Assembly: GCA_964016885.1 (NCBI GenBank)
Contig: OZ024740.1
Location: 4,092,001-4,156,000, forward strand
DNA length: 64,000 nt
Source: Eledone cirrhosa
Lineage: Eukaryota
Reading direction: 5' to 3'
Notes under the pieces: model-generated
The model's database searches: none
Seen by the model: only the letters and a program-made list of their open reading frames with translations
What the model was told of the DNA's origin: nothing
Translations under genes and position numbers: made by a program
In this document: one piece after another, positions 1 through 10,109 of the stretch
Position numbering within the stretch: position 1 is the first letter of the stretch
How the letters are laid out: the number at the start of each line of letters is the position of its first letter

Positions 1-522
1 ACCCCGCCAAGGTTTCTTGGTGAGGAGGGTGACTTTGGACATCCTGCAGGACTAAAAACAAAACCTGTCAAAGTGCAAAGGAGCTCTTAAGAGTCAATGG
101 CCATCCAAAATCACCGGGAGAGATGACCCCTTAGCCTTTGTCAAGGCAGAATTCTAGGAGAAGGAAAACTCTGATATAACACCTGCAACTCTGATGGTAT
201 CCAATGATGTTGACTTGTTATTCTTTTTGGTAAATATCATCTTGGTTAAGAGAGTGGGACTGGCTTTGCGCAGTGCCTTTGCTCACTATAAAAGCTTCAT
301 GGCAGAGGCATTGCTTTACATCTGGAGATCTCTCTGCACTTGTCGTCACATGGTACCATGGGCCCAGCACTAAGTGTCAATAATTGTCACAAGTGCAGTG
401 TTTGTAGCAGAGTTTTCAAGTCGCTGGCTGGACTAAAACGTCACACTCGTTCAGCACATCGGTAGGGGTTCTCCTACATGGATATAAAGTAGTGGCCGTA
501 CTCGAAAACGAGTTGGCAGCCA

Positions 523-525
<3 letters not shown>
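1..525 (+). mobile_element. Probable internally deleted RTE-type LINE derivative ending in a C2H2 zinc-finger coding remnant and a (TA)n tract
   Basis: 358-465 translates MGPALSVNNCHKCSVCSRVFKSLAGLKRHTRSAHR* (C-x2-C-x12-H-x4-H), then about 60 nt and (TA)n. The motif GGAGAAGGAAAACTCTGA near 157-174 resembles RTE 5' regions (recognition from memory). Confidence 0.5.
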
Positions 526-582
<57 letters not shown>

Positions 583-737
583 ATACTTTGGGAGGGTCAT
601 GTTGCCAATAAGAAACACACGCACCAGTTGCTTTCACTTCAATTTATTATAATAAATTTATAAATTTAGGAATTTATAAATTTACATGTTACTGGTTGGT
701 TGTTTGTTCTATGTGCGTATGTGTTTTCATTTTGTCC

Positions 738-1142
738 TTAATTGTAAGTTGTCATGTTGCTGTTCCATTCATGTTTTCTATTTTTTCTATTTAATTTTGG
801 TTGGAGTTCATTTATGTTTATTGCCTCTGTGATTTGTCTAAACATTGCGTCTTTTCTGTGTGTAGATTCTGTTTTTATTTCTATGTTCTCTAATTTACCC
901 TTATGTTCTATTTTAGCATGTTGGTAGAGTACAGATGATTCTTTACTATCTTGAAGGTCTCGCCAGTGTTCATTTATCCGTTCCCCTATACTACGAGCTG
1001 TCTCACCTATGTACACTATATTTTTATCTCTACATTGTCCTTCAGTACATCTTATGCTATATACTACATTTCTAGTTTTACAGTTAATATGGGGGCTTAA
1101 TTTACAGATTATACATTTCTTATCTATACAAAGACCTCCCTG
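738..1142 (-). pseudogene. Penelope-like GIY-YIG endonuclease domain (C-terminal ORF fragment, no RT)
   Basis: GGLCIDKKCIICKLSPHINCKTRNVVYSIRCTEGQC...VYIGETARSIGERINEH...EAININELQPKLN: Cys-rich linker plus VVY/YIG motifs, conserved Arg, Glu and Asn. The N-terminal 'MYTIF...' of the track ORF is only the antisense of the other arm. Confidence 0.88.
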
Positions 1143-1485
1143 TATTAACTGTAAAACTAGAAATGTAGTATATAGCATAAGATGTACTGAAGGACAATGT
1201 AGAGATAAAAATATAGTGTACATAGGTTTGACAGCTCATAGTATAGGGGAACGGATAAATGAACACTGGCGAGACCTTCAAGATAGTAAAGAATCATATG
1301 TACTCTACCAACATGCTAAAATAGAACATAAGGGTAAATTAGATAACATAGAAATAAAAATAGAATCTACACACAGAAAAGACGCAATGTTTAGACAAAT
1401 CACAGAGGCAATAAACATAAATGAACTCCAACCAAAATTGAATAGAACACATGAGTGGAACAGTAACATCACAACTTACAATTAA
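1143..1485 (+). pseudogene. Second (inverted) copy of the Penelope-like GIY-YIG domain
   Basis: Near-identical translation to the minus copy, with YIGLTAHS instead of YIGETARS; lacks the upstream CIDKKCIIC segment. Confidence 0.85.
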
Positions 1486-1684
1486 GGACAAAATGAAAAC
1501 ATATACGCACATAGAACAACCAACCAACCAGTAACATGTAAATAAACAAATAAATAAACGAATATAAACACACACAGACACCCGGATGTAACACATGCGC
1601 AAACTAAGCACACAGCACACAGAAAAACAAGATGGCGTAGGACAGAACAAAGGAGAGGCACAAAAACAAAGAAAAGAATCCCCA

Positions 1685-1727
1685 GTCACTGAAGAGGTCA
1701 CAGAATGTGTGACGAAAGAACTTTGAC
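1685..1727 (+). ncRNA. Minimal type I hammerhead ribozyme candidate in the PLE 3' region
   Basis: gtca-CTGAAGA-g-gtcaca(gaatg)tgtgac-GAAA-g(aa)c-TT-tgac: stem I gtca/tgac, 6-bp stem II, minimal stem III, core boxes intact. Confidence 0.65.
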
Positions 1728-1937
1728 AATATATAAACAATCATCTGGTTGTGGAACCAACCAACCAACCGGAAATTTATAAATTCCTAAATTTATAAAT
1801 TTATTATAATAAATTGAAGTGAAAGTAACTGGTGCACGTGTTTCTTATTGGCAACATGACCCTCCCAAAGTATAACAATATCGGTTTCAACACACGTTTT
1901 CAGATAAAGAATCTTGCTAAACAAATTCAGAAACGAA

Positions 1938-1970
<33 letters not shown>

Positions 1971-2048
1971 TTTACATGTATATATATATACATATAGGGC
2001 GGTGCCCCATCATGGCCTCAGCTGGATGGCTGGAACAGGTAAAAGAGT

Positions 2049-2103
<55 letters not shown>

Positions 2104-2105
<2 letters not shown>

Positions 2106-2890
2106 AGGGCGGGTAAAATTCCCGAGATCCATGGGTGAGTTCTCTCCAGCGGTCTCTGTCCCTCATTATCGCTGCCATGTCCTGCGTCTCCAACCGTCCA
2201 GTGTCTGTCCTTAGAGCATCAACATACGTTAACCTTGGTCTTCCACTTCCAGTGTGTCCATGTAGGGGCTCCCACAGGAGCACTGAGTGCAATGTCAACT
2301 CTGGATGTCGGTGAGCATGTCCAGCTAACCTCAGTCTCCTCTGTGTCACTTTTGAGCTGACTTTTGGGAGGCTCCCATACAGCTCTGAGTTTTTCATCCT
2401 CAGTGTATACTGATTAATGTTCAGAGCCATCCTCAGCATTCTCGAGTAGCACCCATCCACCATCTGAGTGAGTTTCTTGGTCAGTGTCCAAGTCTCAGAC
2501 CCATACAGCAGCACAGACTCCACTACAGCAATGAAGAGGCGGATTTTCAGGTCTTTACAGAGGTCCGACTTCCACACCGATCTCAAGCTGTGGCACGCCG
2601 CCCAGGCTTTGCTCTTCCTCTCAACCACATCATCTTCCGTATTCCCAATCTTTGCTCCCAAATACAGGAAGTCCTCAACCAATTCTAGCAGCTTCCTGCC
2701 TACATTAGTGATTCCCTCTGGCTTCTCAACATTCTCTACCAGATATTTTGTTTTAGTCTCATTCTCAGCCAATATCTCAAAGAACTCTGTCATCCCAACA
2801 GGTGTAATGACTTGGGCTTTGGTGTTGGTGTAGAGCAGTGATATCAGGTCCACTATCTTCTTTGGGATTCCATAAGCCTGTAAGATCTTA
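2104..2890 (-). mobile_element. RTE-clade LINE 3' fragment with internal deletion of the RT core, flanked by (TA)n
   Basis: Translation has AYGIPKKIVDLISLLY, DFLYLGAKI, VESVLLYGSETWTLT, RRLRLAGHAHR, GRPRLTY, DRDRWR. It jumps from FEILA directly to ENETKTKY, so the QGD and YADD motifs are missing. Confidence 0.88.
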
Positions 2891-2961
2891 ATATATATAT
2901 ATATATATATATATAATCAATGATATTAAATAAATGGAAACTATATTTATAAAACCATATT

Positions 2962-3025
2962 TATTCTATTTTATATATTTCAAGGGTACCAAAAACTTTT
3001 GGTACGCTATCATCAGATAAAATAC
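2962..3025 (-). ncRNA. Degenerate hammerhead-like motif
   Basis: Minus strand: tattttat-CTGATGA-tagc-gtaccaaaa(gt)ttttggtac-cctt-GAAA-tat-ataaaata. Stem I and stem II are present, but the stem III/cleavage segment is too short as written. Confidence 0.4.
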
Positions 3026-3348
3026 AAAATGTTTTATAAATATTTGACATGACCAAGGATGATATACCTTAACGGTTCAAGTTATCCCTGGAAAGGGAAG
3101 GGAAGAGAGAAGAAAAGTCAGATATTTAAAATTATTAATATGAATATGCAAATGATGTGTATATTAAAGGGCTGAAAAAACGTTATTTTAGACGCTATGG
3201 AAAATTTAAATATTTATGATAAGGAAGGAAGAGAAAGAGAAAAGAATAACGTTAATTGGGGGGGGGGGGTTACCTATATTATGAGTTATAAAATTATATG
3301 AAGAATTATGGTTGTAAATATTTTTATCTTATTACATTAGGATAGGTT

Positions 3349-3500
3349 ATCATCATCATTTTACGTCCGCTTTTTCCTTGCTTGCAAGGGTGGGATGGGA
3401 ACTGATTCTGGTTTGATTTCTACAGCTGGATGCCCTTCCTAACACCAACCTCATTTACAGTGAGTGCTGGGTGCTTTTTTGCCGTGGCACCTCCACGACC
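3349..3500 (-). mobile_element. RTE 3'-UTR-derived short repeat with (GAT)n tail
   Basis: catcatcattttacgtccgc...ctacagctggatgcccttcctaacaccaacc matches the 3' UTR at 6433-6600 of the RTE copy. Confidence 0.7.
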
Positions 3501-3508
3501 ACTTTGCA

Positions 3509-3636
3509 GTAAACTGGAGTAATGTGAAATAAAGTGTCTTGCTCAAGGAAACAACACATCACCCGGTCTGAGAATTGAACTCACAACCTTTCGATTGCAA
3601 GGCCAATGCTCTCACCAGTAAGCCATGTGTCTCCAC
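3509..3636 (-). mobile_element. tRNA-derived SINE (5' part)
   Basis: Minus strand has A-box-like TGGCTTACTGG, B-box-like GTTCAATTC and core CCTTGAGCAAGACACTTTATTTCAC shared with copies at 6245, 13035 and 19200. Confidence 0.8.
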
Positions 3637-4055
3637 ATATGTATATAAATATCTCTATATATATTAATAAGTTGTGTATGCATTGATTGTTTATATAAAC
3701 AAATATGAGTTACGAAGGATGTTGAAAATTTTATTTTCAAATTGTGAGATTAGAATAATTTGTGGATTCAAAAATGTTCAACATTGAGAATGTTTTCATA
3801 ATATTGTTAATTTAACGAAGCTATATAAATTATCAAACTAAAATTGTTAAAGAAGAAGGAAAAGGAAGGCCACTTAACGTTAATTTAGGGAAAATATATT
3901 CAGACATTTGTCTATATATCATATGGAGAATTATTTATCTTATTATAATAATATATAAATATCTATAAAGTAATAATAATAAATTTGAAGACTAAAATCC
4001 AAAGAGGGTTCGATAAGGATAAATATATATCAAATATATAAGAACCGTAGAGCAA

Positions 4056-4167
4056 ATATTTATTAAAATAACAGATTAAAGTTTAAGCAAAGAATCGCTG
4101 CTTTCACCCTTAACGGGATCTTCTGCGATTATTTGCTTAAACTTTAATCTGTTATTTTAATAAATAT
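4056..4167. repeat. Near-perfect inverted repeat (43-bp arms, 26-bp loop)
   Basis: atatttattaaaataacagattaaagtttaagcaaagaatcgc ... gcgattatttgcttaaactttaatctgttattttaataaatat, one mismatch. Confidence 0.9.
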
Positions 4168-5343
4168 CTATATATATTTTAATAATAGCATATGTGTTTT
4201 TTTTTATTAAAAGGATAGTTTGTTTATAATATGAGTTACGAGGGATGTTGATTCATAAATAAATATATAAATAAATAAATAGGTGTTTGTTCCTAATATA
4301 AGTTCCTAGGGATGTTGATTTTATGTAAATAAATAGGTAGTTACAATTTATAAGGTTAAATTAAAAATTTTTATGATTGAAAGAAGGAAAGATAACTCCA
4401 ATTTTTTTATTAAAGGCTAGTGTGGGATTAATTATTTATTCTAAAGAAATATGAATATTTAAACATCATCCTGAATAGGATACATTTTACTAAAAACAGT
4501 TAATGTCTATTAATCTACATTTAAAAATTAGATTTAGAGGGTGTCATTAGAAAAATAAAAAATTAAGAAAAAAGAATTAAAGAATTTAAAAGAATTAAAA
4601 TTAAAATTAGAATTATATAGAGTACATAATGTAGAAGTACATAAATATATATAAATATATATACATACACACGTATATTATAAGAAATTTTAAAGATATT
4701 ATGATTTAGAGATATTAATATATTAAAAGTATTAAAAATATAAAATGTTAGAGCAGATAAGATCATTTTGGAGATTAATAGGAATATTATAAGTATATTA
4801 TAAGTTACATATAGTTCTGAATGTAGAATTTTTGCGATGTCTGCAACAACTAAATATTTCTGTTCTAAGGTTAATAGAGTTTTTACAATTAATTATATAA
4901 AAAGTTTCTTCAATTTACAGAATCTTGATAAGGCCGCGTTTCGATAAGCAGATGCTTTCGAAATCGAGTGCTCTGAATCAGTTGTAAACATCTATATTTG
5001 TTGGATTTCCAACAAATTAAATATCTCTTCTACATATATATATAGTTTTGTTGACACATATATCAATGTGCCGAGACACGCAGATATATTGCAATTGGTA
5101 TGACAGTGTGGTTTTAGCTCAATGTACGATAACTGGTATACTACAGAGCCGTTATAGGTTTAGGAATAACCAAAGAGTGCTTAGAAATACATTGTTTTAT
5201 TAGTTAAGTGTTTCATCAGCCAAATGATTTAGAAGTCGACCTTAAGTAGGAGCAATAACATTAAGACATGAACAACATTACATGATTTTGTTTTGAAAAT
5301 TTTGAAAGTAGGTTTATAAGTATAAATTTTCATAAGGTTTTTG

Positions 5344-5542
5344 TAGTTGTTTCTGTGGCCTGGTGGTAGAGACGGGGAGATCCTGGTCTTGGGTTCAATG
5401 CTGGTCAAGAGTTACATGTAATCTTTTTCAGTTTTTATTTTACATCCCATAGAAAAAACCTGAAAAAGTTTACCGGGAACTCTACTCCAGACCAGGATCA
5501 CCACAGTCTATGATTCCTCCAACTAGGCGACAGGGACAGCTA
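5344..5542. repeat. Degenerate fold-back element (old MITE-like hairpin)
   Basis: Nested complementary blocks: tagttgtttctgtggcctgg/ctaggcgacagggacagcta, gatcctggtct/agaccaggatc, ctttttcagttttt/aaaaacctgaaaaag. Confidence 0.6.
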
Positions 5543-5681
5543 CCAAAGTATAGCATTCTATATGTAGGTAGGCTCCCTTCATCTCCTGGCAACCAATATC
5601 TTTAGATCCAGTCCGCCACTGTATATATATATATATCACAGAAAAAAAGAGAATCAGTGTTGCGACGAATGGAACTTATTG

Positions 5682-5765
5682 GACATATTACAATCGTTTC
5701 TCTGGCAACCAGCTCAATGCACGATCGAACCTGACTCTGAAAATCGCAAGATCTTCAGATACGTC
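5682..5765 (-). ncRNA. Type I hammerhead ribozyme candidate in a ~150-bp (TA)n-flanked module (about 5637-5785)
   Basis: Minus strand: gacgtat-CTGAAGA-tcttgcgat...gttgccaga-GAAA-cgattg-TA-atatgtc. 7-bp stem I (one G.U), stem II with one mismatch, short stem III, GUA cleavage triplet. Confidence 0.72.
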
Positions 5766-5824
5766 TTGATTCTACGAAGCAGAATATATATATATATATA
5801 TATATATATTCGCACACCCACACA

Positions 5825-5879
<55 letters not shown>

Positions 5880-5880
<1 letters not shown>

Positions 5881-6084
5881 ACGAAGAAAGTGTGGTAAGC
5901 AACCAGGTGGACCATGACACACCAGAGTACTCAATACTTTGGGTAGTAGCGTGGGTAATAGGAAAGGGTTCAGGACCTCGATGGCAAAGCTCAAGCCATA
6001 TCGACGGCTATTTCTGGACTCAGTCCAGAAATAGCCGTCGAATCGGACTGAGCTCTGCCGCCGGGGTCCCGAACCTTTTCCTAT
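5880..6084 (-). mobile_element. Short fold-back element with tail (probable PLE terminal fragment), copy 1
   Basis: Imperfect palindrome 5958-6084 (about 60-bp arms centred on ggact-c-agtcc) plus a tail at 5880-5957. TA on both sides. Homologous to 14796-14983 in the opposite orientation. Confidence 0.7.
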
Positions 6085-6085
6085 A

Positions 6086-6145
<60 letters not shown>

Positions 6146-6244
6146 GAGAGAGGAACGATCGACTTTCGTCAAATCGGACCGAGGGAACAATGTTTCCGCT
6201 GGTCTTTCCAATTGCTAATACTATCTATCGGTCGCAGCTCCAGG

Positions 6245-6370
6245 TAGAAGGAGCAACGTGAAATAAAGTGTCTTGCTCAAGGACATAACGCATCGCCTGG
6301 TCCAGGAATCGAACTCACAACCTTACGATTGCGAATCCAATTCTCTAACCACTCAGCCACACGCCTTCAC
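6245..6370 (-). mobile_element. tRNA-derived SINE (5' part)
   Basis: Minus strand begins GTGAAGGCGTG-TGGCTGAGTGG (A box)...GTTCGATTCC (B box)...GTCCTTGAGCAAGACACTTTATTTCAC. Confidence 0.85.
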
Positions 6371-6384
6371 TATATATATATATG

Positions 6385-6432
<48 letters not shown>

Positions 6433-6435
<3 letters not shown>

Positions 6436-7435
6436 TCATCATCATCATCAACGTTTAACGTCCGTGTTCCACGCTTGCATGGGTTTGGACGGGGGTAGTC
6501 CCACTTGAGGCAAGAGTGATTGTCTTGCTCGCATAGGACTGTCTGGCAGGTTTTCTACAGTTGGATGCCCTTCCTAACACCAACCACATTTACAGTGTGG
6601 GTCTGGGAGGTTTTTACCGTGTTGCCTACACGACCACATTACAGCGTGGACTGTGTGTTTTTTTGTCGTGACACCTACACGATCTCATTTGTTTCGGCCT
6701 GGATGGCGCGGCACCAACATAACTTTACATAGAACGGGGTGGTGTGGATGGGGTGGGGGTGGTGGCGGGACGGGGTGTATTTTGTTAGAGATGCCTACTG
6801 GCAAGGCGGGTCTTCTCTGTTACTGAGTACCGCCAAAGGTCTCGGTGCAGTGACATTGTCTTGGAGAGGTGTAAGTGTGTGAGGTCGGAGTTTATCAGCT
6901 CATCCCAGGTTTTTCTAGGTCTGCCTATTCCGTGGCTACCGTCTATCTTTATTGCCCTGCACTTTGTTATACAGCTATCGACTTTCATGCGCATCACGTG
7001 TCCATACCAACGTAGCCTTCTCTCGAGTAAACAACATCTGATCCCTCTTATCACTAATTTTTTCCTTAGTTCGTTTATGCTTTGCCGTTCACGTATATTA
7101 CTGTTACACATCCAGCGGAGCATGCAAGCTTCGTTCCTCTCTAGTCTGCGTATATCCTCTGCACACAATGCCCAGGTCTCACTGCCATGCAACATTGCTG
7201 TTCGTATGCAGGCATCGTACAACCTGCCTTTCATTTTTAGGGAGAACCCTTTAGCAGCTAATAGTGGTATAAGCTCTCTGAACTTTTTCCAACCAGTTCT
7301 GACTCTAGCTACAGTACTTTCAGAGCACCCTCCCCCACTGCTGATTTTATCACCCAGGTAACGGAAGCTGTCCACTATTTCTATAGAACCCTCTGCGCAA
7401 TTGAAAGAGCTAGTATTTTGTGGGCACTTGCTGCT
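6433..7435 (-). mobile_element. 5'-truncated RTE-clade LINE with ORF C-terminus (6785-~7430), 3' UTR and (GAT)n tail
   Basis: VDSFRYLGDKISSGGG, RTAMLHGSETWAL, RRLRWYGHVMR, GRPRKTW. Open frame to the stop at 6785, then UTR, then (CAT)n at 6433-6449 on the plus strand. Confidence 0.92.
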
Positions 7436-7679
7436 ACTTATATACATATATATATATACACACACACACACATATGTATATATACACACACATATATATA
7501 TATATGTGTGTGTGTGTGTGTATGTGTGTGTATCTGCTGTCGCTGAACATCATCACCAAATATGGAGACACCACACTCCTCCACCCCTCTCACCAGAAGT
7601 GAAATGAACCAAAGAAAAATCATAAGTCTAAAAAAACTCTGTAGTCTCACAAGTTGCCGCGTCTCCCAGACATCTCCCA

Positions 7680-8275
7680 CTACCCCTCTCTCTCTCTTTA
7701 CCCTCTCTGTCTCTCTATCCCCCTCTGTCGCTCATCCTGTCTCTCCACACACCCCTTCTCTCTCCATCTTTCTCCCCTCACTCTCTCCACACACCTTTCT
7801 CTCCCTCTCATCCTGTCTTTTCCTCTTTCGCTCTCTATCTCTCTCTCACAGCTCTCTCTTGTCTGTCTCCCTCTCTTTTACTTTCAGTCTCTCTCTTTTT
7901 CTCTCCCCCTCTCTTTAATTCATCTCCCTCTATCCCCCCCCCCCCTCCATCTATGATATTCAGGTAATATTAGAAATATATACAAAAAGATGGAATTATC
8001 TCCCCTGTTTACCTCTGATGCACACATATTGATTCCACCATTATTTCTCTCTTTCTCTACCCCCTCTCTCTCTACCTCCCTCCCTCTCTACCGCCCTCTC
8101 TCTCCCCCTCTACCGCCCTCTCTCTCCCCCTCTACCTCCCTCTCTCTCCCTCTCTCCCTCTACCTCCCTCTCTCCCTACCTTCCTTCCTCTCTCTCTACC
8201 CCTCTCCCTCTCCCACTCTCCCTCTCTCTACCCCTCTCCCTCTCCCCTCTCTCTACCTCTCTACCTCCCCTTCTT
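7680..8275. repeat. Pyrimidine-rich (CT) low-complexity tracts
   Basis: Degenerate (CT)n and CCCTCT runs, interrupted at ~7955-8040. Confidence 0.9.
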
Positions 8276-8364
8276 CATGGAACAACAATTACTATTTCAA
8301 GAACCTTGGAAATAGAACTGGAAAGTTCCATATATTGTTTTTATTTATTTATTATTTGTTGTAT

Positions 8365-8785
8365 TGGGGTGGAGGGTTAGGTCGGTGGAGAGGGGGAGTA
8401 AGGGAGAGGGAGGAGGAGTAATGTGGGGGTGGGGTGGGGTGAGGAGTAAGGTAGGGGGAGTAAGGTCGGTGGGGAGTAAGGTGGGGGGAGGAGTAAGGTC
8501 GGTGGGAGGTGAGAGTAAGATGGGGGAGAGGTGGGGAGTAAGGTGGGGGGAGGAGAAAGGTCGGTGGGGAGGTGAGAGTAAGATAGGGGAGAGGTGGGGA
8601 GTAAGGTGTGGGGGGGAGTAAGGTCGGTGGGGAGGTGAGAGTAAGATGGGGGAGAGGTGGGGAGTAAGGTGTGGGGGGGAGTAAGGTCGGTGGGGAGGTG
8701 AGAGTAAGATGGGGGAGAGGTGGGGAGTAAGGTCGGTGGGGAGGTGAGAGTAAGATGGGGGAGAGGTGGGGAGTAAGGTAAGGAG
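8365..8785 (+). repeat. G-rich minisatellite (~58-bp unit built from GGGGAGTAAG subunits)
   Basis: Repeats of gtaaggtcggtggggaggtgagagtaagatgggggagaggtggggagtaaggtgtgggggga. Confidence 0.88.
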
Positions 8786-8894
8786 GTAAAAAAGGAAAGA
8801 AAGAAAGAATCTGTTTCCGCCAACTTAGAGACTGAACAAATAAATAAATATAGACTTAGAAAATATATATTTTTGGAAGATCTCATCACATGGG

Positions 8895-9175
8895 GAGGGT
8901 GGTGGTATTGGTAGTGTGGGTGGTGGGGGGGGGGGACAGTGATGGTGGTGTTGGTGTTGGTGGTGACAGTGGGGGTGGTGGTGGTAGTGGTGGAGGTAGC
9001 GTTGGTGGTGACAGTGGTGGTGGTGGTGGTAGTGGTGACAGTGGTGGTGGTGGTGGTGGTGGTGTTAGTGTTGGTGGTGGTGGTGGTAGTGGTGGTGGTA
9101 GTGGTGGTGGTGTTAGTGTTGGTGGTGACAGTGGTGGTGGTGTTAGTGTTGTTGTTGGTGGTGGTGGTGACAGTA
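8895..9175 (+). repeat. Degenerate (GGT)n microsatellite
   Basis: Directly visible. Confidence 0.95.
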
Positions 9176-9599
9176 TGTTGTAATCACCATTTTATAAGAA
9201 AAGAAAATGTTTTCTAATTTTGGCCCAAAAGCAGCAATTATTTTTTGTGGGGGAAGGAAGGAAAGTTAGTTATATCAACCCCAGAACATAACTGGTACCA
9301 GGATCAATTGAATGGGGGAAAAGTGGGAAATTACCCCTGGCTCTCTGCCTTGGAGGGCAGTAACAGTCGTAGCAATTTATTTGTGCCCTCAGCTTGGCTT
9401 TTTAGTTTAGGATGGTTAGACTTTTAAAAATATAACACCTGCATGTATAACTTTTCAATTCCAATTACTTGTGCCAAGCTGACTTTGATATGTAAAATTG
9501 TGTGTGTGTGTGTGTGGGGGGGGGGGGTGCTCTGTATGAAGGGGCCCCCAAACCTGAATTGCCCCAGGCTCCTCAAGGTCTAAACCTTGCTCTGACTCG

Positions 9600-9670
9600 T
9601 ACAATATTTTATCAACTTCGGAAGGATAAAAAGCAAAGTTGACCTTAGCGGGATTTGAACTCATTATGTA
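9600..9670 (-). mobile_element. Fragment of a second SINE family
   Basis: Minus strand gagttcaaatcccgctaaggtcaactttgctttttatccttccgaagttgataaaa matches the plus-strand copy at ~16388-16445. Confidence 0.7.
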
Positions 9671-10109
9671 AAGAGACAGAACAAATCTAAACTATAATAA
9701 AGGAAGGTCTGCGGGACTGCGTACGGTTTATTTCTTTAAAATAAGTTGGATTAAAAATAAGTTGGATTACTTTGAATAAATAATGAATGAATATTACATA
9801 ATTTATCTACTAAATTTCGTAAACAAATAATTTCATAAAAATAAATAATTTCAAATTGACTTTTCAAAGTTGCACTTCCGGTATATTGTCGACACCACCT
9901 CCACTTCAACTATCATATATATAGAAAGAGAGAGTGTGTGGTGAGAGAGATAGAGAGATTATGATTTTCTACACCTGGCGCGTATGAGTGTGTACATACA
10001 TACATCTATATGTATGAGTATATAACTATTATGAGTATATAACTATTATGAATATATATCTAATAACTATAATCGCGCAAACACCAACGTATAAAAATAC
10101 ACGGACATA

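Larger units (their letters stand above)
575..1938. mobile_element. Palindromic Penelope-like element fragment: two head-to-head GIY-YIG endonuclease/pLTR copies plus a 3' tail, inserted in (TA)n
   Basis: 575-~1088 is the reverse complement of ~1143-1881, except that 1540-1772 is absent from the left arm. Both arms encode NVVYSIRC...YIG(E/L)T.RSIGERINEH...ITEAININELQPKLN. A unique tail at 1882-1938 follows. (TA)n flanks both sides. Confidence 0.88.

Noticed and set aside
1009-1142. N-terminal hydrophobic 'signal peptide' on the GIY-YIG ORFs
   Set aside because: It is the antisense reading of the opposite palindrome arm.
738-1485. Bacterial or organellar GIY-YIG homing endonuclease, or UvrC
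   Set aside because: The Cys-rich linker, PKLN end, hammerhead and inverted-repeat-plus-tail structure fit a Penelope-like element better.
6245-6370. tRNA gene
   Set aside because: A and B boxes are present, but it continues into a SINE core repeated four times in the window and no full cloverleaf is evident.
7585-7680. Possible minus-strand signal-peptide exon (MIFLWFISLL followed by GTGAGA)
   Set aside because: Only a donor-like site and a short hydrophobic run; no partner exons or homology can be shown.
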